Source: an uncultured Eubacteriales bacterium
Lineage (GTDB): Bacteria; Bacillota; Clostridia; TANB77; RGIG9151
Direction: 5' to 3'
Assembly: GCA_964475435.1 (NCBI GenBank)
Contig: CAYYWT010000028.1
Span: 1 to 14,314 of the forward strand
Length of the DNA stretch: 14,314 nucleotides
The position numbers and the translations under genes are program-made. Of this stretch, positions 8,228-14,314 are shown piece after piece (position 1 is the stretch's first letter; every line of letters starts with the position of its first letter). The notes under the pieces are model-generated. The model did no database searches and was not told the DNA's origin. It saw nothing but the letters and a program-made list of their open reading frames with translations.

Positions 8228-9691
8228 CTATTCAACTCCCTTTTCCGTTAGTTTTTTAAACTGTTCAACAACTTGCTCCCTATCATCAAAATGTATTGTA
8301 CCGGTATTTAAAATCTGGTACGGTTCATGGCCCTTTCCGGCAATAATAATTACATCATCTTTTTTCGCCAGTTCTAAAGCTTTATATATAGCTTTAGCTC
8401 TATCAGACTCTCTAAAATAATTATCAGTAACCTTCTTTACACCGGCTTCCACTTCGTCTACAATCGTCTCAGGGTCTTCACTTCGCGGATTATCAGACGT
8501 AACAATAGTAATATCCGCTAATTTTCCGGAAATTTCTCCCATAATAGGGCGCTTAGTTTTATCCCTGTCGCCACCGCAACCAAATACACAAATTATTCTT
8601 CCCTTTACATATTCGCGAGTAGCAAGCAAAATATTTTTTAAACTATCCGGCGAATGTGCATAATCCACCATAACCGTATAATCTGTTCCGATATCTACAA
8701 TTTCACTTCTTCCCGGTACCTTTAATTCATCAAATCCCGCTTGAATTTCTTTAGCATCACACCCGAATTCTTTAGCAACAGATATAGCAGTAAGCGAATT
8801 ATACACAGAAAATTTACCGGGAATTCTAACAGTATATTTTACTTTCTCCTCATTGGATTTTTCTGTAAAACTTACATATCCTGATGTAATTTCTATATTT
8901 TCAATCTCAATATCAGCGTGATTATCTACCGCAAAAGATTTTTTCTCTCCAACTATTTCGTTAAACAATCTTTTTCCATACTCATCATCAACATTAACAA
9001 AACTCTTTTTACACATTCCAAATAAAATTTTCTTAGCCAAATAATAGTTTTCAAAATTCTTGTGATAATCCAAATGATCTTGACTTAAATTCGTAAAACA
9101 AGCATATTCAAAATTACTTCCATATACTCTATCCAAATCAAGCGCATGAGAAGACACTTCCATAACAACCGCATCTACGTTTTCATCAGCCATTTGTTTA
9201 AATAATCTTTGAAGTTCAATCGCATCCGGCGTAGTATTATTAGACGTTTTTAACTTTTTATCCCCAATTCTCGACTCTATCGTACCAATTAAACCAACTT
9301 TAAGTCCTTTTTTCTCTAAAATAGACTTTATCATATAAGTAGTCGTAGTTTTTCCCTTAGTTCCTGTAATTCCTATAAGTTTAAATTTATTAGACGGATT
9401 TTCAAAAAAATTACAAGAAACCTTAGCAATAGATTTTCTTCCCGGCTCTATCCTAACAAATTTAGCATCATTTTCAATATCAGTCTTCTTTTGAGTAATT
9501 AAAACCTTCGCTCCCTTATTCAAGGCATCTTTAGCATATTGATGTCCGTCAAATTTAGTACCTTCCAAGCACAAAAACGCACATCCTTCTTCTACATTTC
9601 TCGAATCTCCGGTTATATCAATTATTTCTTCATCTAAACTAACATTTAATTCAACAATTTCTACTCCTTTTAGTATATCTCTAAGCTTCAT
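8228..9691 (-). CDS. murE: UDP-MurNAc-L-Ala-D-Glu:meso-diaminopimelate ligase, ~487 aa
   Basis: It has the Mur ligase P-loop GITGTKGKTTT, then GCGGDRDKTKRP and AGKGHE. The DNPR motif (TSDNPRSEDP) is associated with meso-DAP specificity. The ORF-track start is a TTG at 9715. The ATG at 9691 (MKLRDILKG) has GGAGAG upstream and is preferred. Either start is possible. Confidence 0.95.
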   Translation of the reverse strand: MKLRDILKGVEIVELNVSLDEEIIDITGDSRNVEEGCAFLCLEGTKFDGHQYAKDALNKGAKVLITQKKTDIENDAKFVRIEPGRKSIAKVSCNFFENPSNKFKLIGITGTKGKTTTTYMIKSILEKKGLKVGLIGTIESRIGDKKLKTSNNTTPDAIELQRLFKQMADENVDAVVMEVSSHALDLDRVYGSNFEYACFTNLSQDHLDYHKNFENYYLAKKILFGMCKKSFVNVDDEYGKRLFNEIVGEKKSFAVDNHADIEIENIEITSGYVSFTEKSNEEKVKYTVRIPGKFSVYNSLTAISVAKEFGCDAKEIQAGFDELKVPGRSEIVDIGTDYTVMVDYAHSPDSLKNILLATREYVKGRIICVFGCGGDRDKTKRPIMGEISGKLADITIVTSDNPRSEDPETIVDEVEAGVKKVTDNYFRESDRAKAIYKALELAKKDDVIIIAGKGHEPYQILNTGTIHFDDREQVVEQFKKLTEKGVE

Positions 9692-9719
9692 TTTAACCAC
9701 TCTCCCCAAATCCAAAAAA

Positions 9720-11891
9720 TTAATCCACTTCAGTTATTTTAAACTGTACATTAACTATACTTCCTCTTTCAACCTTTTCTCCCGCTTTCGGAGTCTGCTC
9801 GCTCGCAGTCCCCAAACCTTCTATCGAAATATTTAGCGAAACATTTTTTAGAAGATTAGTCGCATCAGAAACACTTTTCCCAAAAACATCCGGTACAATA
9901 ACCATAGATTTTTCAGCATCTTCTTCAGTATATAAAATTATAGAAGAATTTTCAATTACCTCTATATTAGGCTTAGGAATTTGATCTTTTATAATAGCAT
10001 TATCATCCGATTTACCATTTATACTATATTTTAATCCCGCTTCTTTTAACTTCGTTTTCGCCTCATTCACTGTAATTCCCCTTACTTCCGGAACAATTAC
10101 TCCTAAAGATTCTTCATCTAAATTCGGTTGAATTTTTAAATATCCCATCGTATCTTCAATAATCTCTTTTACAACAGGCGCAGCAATAGCTCCTCCACCA
10201 TGACTGGCTCCCTTAGGATCAAATAGCGCTACCAATACGGCAACCTCAGGATTACTTGCCGGTGCGATTCCGACAAACGATGCAACATACCAAGTAGCCT
10301 CTCCAACTCCCTGTTCAGCAGTTCCTGTTTTTCCTCCAACATCATATCCCTTTATATACGCATTTCCTCCTGTGCCCTCAGATACTACTTTTTCCATCAT
10401 TTCGCAAACAGTTTCAGCAGTTTGTTTAGATATTACTTGACGTACTACCTTCGGATCATTTGTAGACAATATATTTCCATCATCATCTCTAATTTCCTTA
10501 ACAAGCCTAGGTTCCATAAGTTTTCCTTCATTAGCAATAGCAGAAACAGCTGTAATCAACTCAATAGGAGTAATGTTAAACCTTTGACCAAAAGCCGCAG
10601 TAGCCAATTCTGTATCTCCAACCTTTTGGATAGAATGGAAAACTCCACTCGCCTCTCCCGGTAAATCTATACCGGTTTTCTCCATAAATCCAAACGCATC
10701 TACATATTTATAAAAAATCTCTTTTCCCATTTTTATTCCAAGTTGTATAAAAACCGGGTTACACGAATTTCCCAAAGCTTCGGTAAAAGTTTGAGTTCCG
10801 TGTGGGCGATAATATCTCCAACACTTCATCTTAGCTCCACCGATAGTAATAGAACCGGAACAATTAAAATGATCATCACACGTAGCAAATCCGGAATCAA
10901 TAGCAGCACTCGCAGTTATAACCTTAAACGTAGACCCCGGCTCATAAGTATCTGAAATCGCTTTATTTCTCCATATGTTCTCTCTAATTTTTTTCTTCTC
11001 ATCACTAGGCGTAGTGTCCCACGAAATCGCCTGTTCATCATTATACGGTCCAAAAGCTTCATTAGGATTAAAATCAGGCTTAACCGCCATAGCAAGCACA
11101 TCTCCGGTAGACGGTTTCATAACTATCGCAACTCCACCCTTTTCACAATCATTATCAATAACAGCCTTCTCCAAATATTTTTCCGCAAAATACTGAATAG
11201 AAGAATCTATACTAAGCACTAAATTTCTTCCGTTTTGAGGAGCATAATACTGTTCAGAACTAAGAGGAATATCATTTCCTTTTCCGTCAGTCTCAGAAAT
11301 AATTCTTCCCGGAATTCCGGTTAAAATATCTTCATATGTTTTCTCTATTCCGTAAAGTCCTTGATTATCCGTTCCTACAAAGCCTAAAACATGAGCTGCT
11401 AAACTATTATTCGGATAATATCTCTTTGTAGACTCATCTATTTTTACACCCGCTGTTTTCGTCTCAGATATCCAAGTTCTAAGTAAATCAGTAGTATCTT
11501 TAGTAACATTTTTAGCAATAGTTACCAACGCAGTCTTTGAAGTAACTTTTTGGTAAACATCCTCATACTTTAATCCTAATAAATCAGCTAATTTTTGAGA
11601 TAATTCTTCAGGATTTTTTACTTGAGTAGGCGTTACACTTATAGTCTCCATCGAAGCACTAATCGCAAGTACCTTTCCATCAGACGAATATATAGTCCCA
11701 CGCGAAGAATTTATCGTTCTGTCTCTCGTTTGCTGGTCATAAGCAAGCTCATAAAGACGTGAACTATCCACAATTTGTACCCACGCAAGACGTACAATAA
11801 GTAAACACAAAGCAATTATAACAAACACAAACAATATCATCATTCTTTTTCTAATTCCAAGCTTCATAGCATCTTTTTTCAATTTTATCAA
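9720..11891 (-). CDS. Class B penicillin-binding protein / division transpeptidase (PBP2B/SpoVD/FtsI type) with two C-terminal PASTA domains, ~723 aa
   Basis: The N-terminal TM segment is MMILFVFVIIALCLLIV. The transpeptidase motifs are STFK, SCN (SxN) and KTGTA. Two PASTA-like repeats are present (VPEVRGITVNEAKTKLKEAGL and VPDVFGKSVSDATNLLKNVSL). The start is uncertain: TTG 11891 is only 3 nt after GGAGG, TTG 11882 is 12 nt after it, and ATG 11867 has no SD. Confidence 0.93.
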   Translation of the reverse strand: MIKLKKDAMKLGIRKRMMILFVFVIIALCLLIVRLAWVQIVDSSRLYELAYDQQTRDRTINSSRGTIYSSDGKVLAISASMETISVTPTQVKNPEELSQKLADLLGLKYEDVYQKVTSKTALVTIAKNVTKDTTDLLRTWISETKTAGVKIDESTKRYYPNNSLAAHVLGFVGTDNQGLYGIEKTYEDILTGIPGRIISETDGKGNDIPLSSEQYYAPQNGRNLVLSIDSSIQYFAEKYLEKAVIDNDCEKGGVAIVMKPSTGDVLAMAVKPDFNPNEAFGPYNDEQAISWDTTPSDEKKKIRENIWRNKAISDTYEPGSTFKVITASAAIDSGFATCDDHFNCSGSITIGGAKMKCWRYYRPHGTQTFTEALGNSCNPVFIQLGIKMGKEIFYKYVDAFGFMEKTGIDLPGEASGVFHSIQKVGDTELATAAFGQRFNITPIELITAVSAIANEGKLMEPRLVKEIRDDDGNILSTNDPKVVRQVISKQTAETVCEMMEKVVSEGTGGNAYIKGYDVGGKTGTAEQGVGEATWYVASFVGIAPASNPEVAVLVALFDPKGASHGGGAIAAPVVKEIIEDTMGYLKIQPNLDEESLGVIVPEVRGITVNEAKTKLKEAGLKYSINGKSDDNAIIKDQIPKPNIEVIENSSIILYTEEDAEKSMVIVPDVFGKSVSDATNLLKNVSLNISIEGLGTASEQTPKAGEKVERGSIVNVQFKITEVD

Positions 11892-11951
11892 AACCCTCCA
11901 CTTTTATTCTACTTACCTCTAATTTGTTACTGTTTAGACTTGCTCAGTGGT

Positions 11952-12081
11952 TTTACGAAAGATAATATCATTAGTTTAAAGAGCGAGTTCCACAGGAGAA
12001 AATTTCATAATTAGTTTCAATCAAAATTTTCTCCGAGGACGTGTTTGAGCGGGAAAACTAATGATATTATCTTTTGCTAAA
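11952..12081. repeat. Compound inverted-repeat element (nested long hairpin) in the ftsL-PBP spacer
   Basis: The outer inverted repeat is a perfect 20 bp: AAAGATAATATCATTAGTTT (11958-11977) and AAACTAATGATATTATCTTT (12055-12074). It extends by TTTA/TAAA after a 2-3 nt mismatch. The inner inverted repeat is a perfect 11 bp: GGAGAAAATTT (11995-12005) and AAATTTTCTCC (12024-12034), around an 18 nt loop. The segments between the outer and inner stems (17 and 20 nt) are not complementary. Confidence 0.8.
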
Positions 12082-12232
12082 CAATTAGTCTATATAATAA
12101 CTTTAATTTCAAAAAGTAACAGTGCTAATGTACTTTATTAAAGAAACAAAATGAGCATTTTAAATTTGAAAAGTATAAAGCCTGATTACATATTCTACGT
12201 AGTAAAAGCTTCGACACTACCAAATAAAACAC

Positions 12233-12697
12233 TCATTTAAAAAATTCAATGATATTAAATAATATTTCTTCAAACCAATTTTTATTCTCATTAGTAACTT
12301 TATTATCAATTAAATCTTGCTTGTTTACATTAATATACTCAATTTGATAATTTTGGGGCTTTTGGAGTCCTAAATTCTCTTTAGCATATTCTTCAACATA
12401 GCTTAAATTCACGCTTTGTTCAGCAAGTAATTGTAACTGTGAATTAGCGTTATTCAATTCCGCAAGCTCTTTTTTCAATTTAATATTTTCCATACTCATA
12501 TTATTTAGCATAGCATAACGATAAACTATCGTAAACGCTACCGAAAAAGATACAACACCCAAAAACACTTTCCTTCTTACTTTGTTATTTTTTTTAGGCA
12601 CTACTTTTCTTTCTTGCTTTTCTTCTTTTTTAGGTTGAGCTATCGGCTCATTAATAAAATCATCATACATATAATCTTCTTGCCTAAGCGGTGCCAT
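12233..12697 (-). CDS. ftsL: Cell division protein FtsL (septum formation initiator family), ~154 aa
   Basis: It lies between rsmH and the division PBP. It is bitopic: a Lys-rich cytoplasmic head, one TM segment (VFLGVVSFSVAFTIVYRYAML), then a coiled-coil-like segment (IKLKKELAELNNANSQLQLLAEQ). The ORF-track TTG (12712) lies inside the SD. The ATG at 12697 follows GGAGGTG by 6 nt. Confidence 0.75.
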   Translation of the reverse strand: MAPLRQEDYMYDDFINEPIAQPKKEEKQERKVVPKKNNKVRRKVFLGVVSFSVAFTIVYRYAMLNNMSMENIKLKKELAELNNANSQLQLLAEQSVNLSYVEEYAKENLGLQKPQNYQIEYINVNKQDLIDNKVTNENKNWFEEILFNIIEFFK

Positions 12698-12724
12698 AGC
12701 TCTCACCTCCAATAAAGAACTTTG

Positions 12725-12756
12725 GTAACAAAACAGGGGCTACAAATGTTGCCCCC
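12725..12756 (-). terminator. Terminator/attenuator-like GC hairpin plus U-rich tract about 30 nt upstream of the ftsL start
   Basis: On the minus strand GGGGC-AACATTTGTA-GCCCC (12755..12736) is followed by TGTTTTGTT. It is the only GC-rich stem in the spacer. The ftsL SD follows immediately. Confidence 0.4.
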
Positions 12757-12782
12757 GCCTTCTCCTTAGTAAATTAAAACAT

Positions 12783-12886
12783 CTTTCGTAAATTTTATAG
12801 GTCTTTTTCTTTTGTAGTTTTTTAAATTTTAACTTTTGTATTTTGTTTCACTTATCTTTTGTAAATTATTAATTTTTTCTTATGTA
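12783..12886. repeat. Phased array of five 8-mer direct repeats (degenerate ~23-26 bp tandem units) in the rsmH-ftsL spacer
   Basis: Plus-strand copies are CTTTCGTA 12783, CTTTTGTA 12809, CTTTTGTA 12833, CTTTTGTA 12856 and CTTATGTA 12879, with spacings of 26, 24, 23 and 23 nt. The units starting at 12781 and 12854 share ATCTTT(C/T)GTAAATT. Confidence 0.6.
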
Positions 12887-12918
12887 TATATGTTAAAAGG
12901 GGGATGCCCTTTAACAAT

Positions 12919-13854
12919 CTAAATTTTTTCAGCCACTCTAAGTTTAGCACTATGAGCTCTTAAATTTTCATTTAGCTCATCATCCGTAGAAGTTATCGGC
13001 TTTTTACTTAAAATCTTTACAGTTTTTTTCTTATTGCAAACACATTTTGGAAAATCAGGCGGGCAAATGCACCCTTTAGCCGACTCATTAAAAACATCTT
13101 TAACTATCCTATCTTCCAAAGAATGAAAACTGATAATACATATCCTTCCTTTAGGATTTAGTACATCTATCGCATCAAAAATCGCCTGTTTAAGGCTTTC
13201 GATTTCTCCATTTACCTCAATTCTTATAGCTTGAAAAATTCGTTTAGCAGGATGTCCGCCTTCAACTCTAGCTCCGGCAGGAACAGCCGCTTTTATAACA
13301 TCCACAAGTTCAAACGTAGTCTTTATAGGAACGTTCTTACGTCTTTCAACTATAAAATCCGCAATCCTAACCGCCCATTTTTCTTCGCCGTAATCTCTGA
13401 AAATTCTTATTAAATCTTCTTTGGTATATCGATTTACCACATATTCAGCAGTAATTTCATCATTAGTATTCATTCGCATATCCAGCGGAGCATCATAACG
13501 ATAACTAAATCCTCGCTCGGGAGTATCAAGTTGATAAGATGAAACTCCCAAGTCGAGTAATATCCCATCTACTCCTGTAATATTTAAATTACTTAGTACA
13601 TCTTTTATATTCTTATAATTGTCATTAACTAAATTTACAGTAGGTTTCACATCAGAAAGTCTACTGCGTGAAACATTTATTGCGGTCATATCTCTATCTA
13701 TTCCAATTAAAGTTCCTTCGTTATTCAACAACTTCGCAATCTCTAAGGAATGACCCGCACCGCCTAAAGTTCCGTCCAAATAAATACCATTTGGTTTAAT
13801 ATTAAGATTACAAATGCACTCATTTAACAGTACCGGCTTATGTACAAATTCCAT
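12919..13854 (-). CDS. rsmH: 16S rRNA (cytosine1402-N4)-methyltransferase, 311 aa
   Basis: Motifs are [16 protein letters not shown] (SAM binding), [10 protein letters not shown] and [12 protein letters not shown]. The ORF-track start (13920) overlaps the end of mraZ. The ATG at 13854 ([10 protein letters not shown]) lies 7 nt after AAGGAG and is preferred. Confidence 0.95.
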   Translation of the reverse strand: MEFVHKPVLLNECICNLNIKPNGIYLDGTLGGAGHSLEIAKLLNNEGTLIGIDRDMTAINVSRSRLSDVKPTVNLVNDNYKNIKDVLSNLNITGVDGILLDLGVSSYQLDTPERGFSYRYDAPLDMRMNTNDEITAEYVVNRYTKEDLIRIFRDYGEEKWAVRIADFIVERRKNVPIKTTFELVDVIKAAVPAGARVEGGHPAKRIFQAIRIEVNGEIESLKQAIFDAIDVLNPKGRICIISFHSLEDRIVKDVFNESAKGCICPPDFPKCVCNKKKTVKILSKKPITSTDDELNENLRAHSAKLRVAEKI

Positions 13855-13882
13855 TTCTACACTCCTTAAAATAACCTCTTTT

Positions 13883-14314
13883 TTAGATGCCGAGCATCGC
13901 CATTTTTTCAGCCAACTCATCAGCCTCTAAGTCCTCAGCCTCACTATAACTATCCCATTTATCTTGGCTCCAAATCTCAACTCTATTGGATACCCCGATT
14001 ATAACAAGATCCTTACTCAGTCCGGCGTGTTCTCTTAACATTGGTGGTATCAACGTACGTCCTTGTTTATCGATTTCACATTCAACAGCTCCCGCAAAAA
14101 AGAACCTCACGAATGCTCTTGCGTCCTTATTCGTAAGCGGCAAGGTTTTAATCTTTTCCTCGAAATTCGCCCATTCTTCTTTCGAATACGCAAATAAGCA
14201 ACCGTCTAAACCCTTAGTCAAGACAAACTTATCGCCCAAGCCATCTCTAAATTTAGCCGGAACAATAATTCTACCTTTAACGTCTAAACTATGTCTATAT
14301 TCGCCTATGAACAA
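13883..14314 (-). CDS. mraZ: Transcriptional regulator MraZ, 143 aa, apparently full length
   Basis: Two DxxGR repeats are present ([14 protein letters not shown] and [14 protein letters not shown]). The N-terminus MFIGEY matches the usual MraZ start. The initiation codon is a TTG that forms the last three bases of the window, so the promoter and operator lie outside it. Confidence 0.93.
   Translation of the reverse strand: MFIGEYRHSLDVKGRIIVPAKFRDGLGDKFVLTKGLDGCLFAYSKEEWANFEEKIKTLPLTNKDARAFVRFFFAGAVECEIDKQGRTLIPPMLREHAGLSKDLVIIGVSNRVEIWSQDKWDSYSEAEDLEADELAEKMAMLGI

Noticed and set aside
10422-11196. Plus-strand ORFs 10422..10664, 10743..10955 and 10975..11196, and minus-strand out-of-frame ORF 10916..11101, all inside the PBP gene
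   Set aside because: All are embedded in the transpeptidase-coding region, whose frame carries the STFK, SCN and KTGTA motifs. None has an SD or a recognisable domain. I treat them as frame shadows.
12061-12141. Plus-strand 26-codon ORF (MILSFAKQLVYIITLISKSNSANVLY) whose ATG lies inside the right arm of the inverted repeat; considered as a type I toxin-like peptide. The mirrored minus-strand ORF is MILSFVKPLSKSKQ.
   Set aside because: The shared MILSF start is simply a consequence of the inverted repeat. There is no credible SD. The hydrophobic stretch is too short and is interrupted by K/Q, so it cannot form a TM helix. There is no independent evidence for an antisense RNA partner.
11892-12232. 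Possibility that the long ftsL-PBP spacer is a riboswitch, T-box or ribosomal-protein leader
   Set aside because: I could not find a T-box sequence or specifier architecture, nor any core consensus of the common riboswitch classes I can recall. The structure is a near-symmetric inverted repeat rather than a multi-helix junction. Only a covariance-model search could settle this.
12151-12240. Plus-strand 29-codon ORF (MSILNLKSIKPDYIFYVVKASTLPNKTLI) convergent with the end of ftsL
   Set aside because: There is no SD (only an A-rich upstream region), it overlaps the ftsL stop codon, and it has no recognisable features.
13231-13413. Plus-strand ORF of 60 aa inside rsmH
   Set aside because: It is antisense to conserved RsmH sequence. 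There is no SD and no motif.

Overview
This is an AT-rich window of the low-GC Firmicutes type (Clostridia/Tissierellia-like; I cannot place the taxon from sequence alone). Every credible gene is on the minus strand. In transcription order (right to left) it holds the proximal half of the dcw cell-wall/division cluster: mraZ, rsmH, ftsL, a class B PBP with two PASTA domains, murE (DNPR, meso-DAP type), mraY and ftsW. These are followed by polA, a membrane-anchored SLT lytic transglycosylase and a dCMP deaminase. Next is a three-gene biotin-dependent carboxyltransferase module: a carboxyltransferase, a 59-codon OadG/MmdE-like ORF missing from the ORF track, and a 1.3S-type biotin carrier. The window ends with a tRNA-Thr(CGU) that has its own promoter and terminator. 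I see no transposase, integrase, CRISPR, defence or toxin genes, and no convincing novel multi-gene system; this is core housekeeping DNA. The unusual content is non-coding and sits in the two long spacers flanking ftsL. The 341 nt ftsL-PBP spacer carries a ~130 nt compound inverted-repeat element. The 221 nt rsmH-ftsL spacer carries a phased 5-unit direct-repeat array and a terminator-like hairpin just upstream of the ftsL SD. The two spacers share a 12-mer. Several ORF-track starts are over-extended and are corrected below from SD/start-codon context. All plus-strand ORFs in the track look like antisense artefacts.
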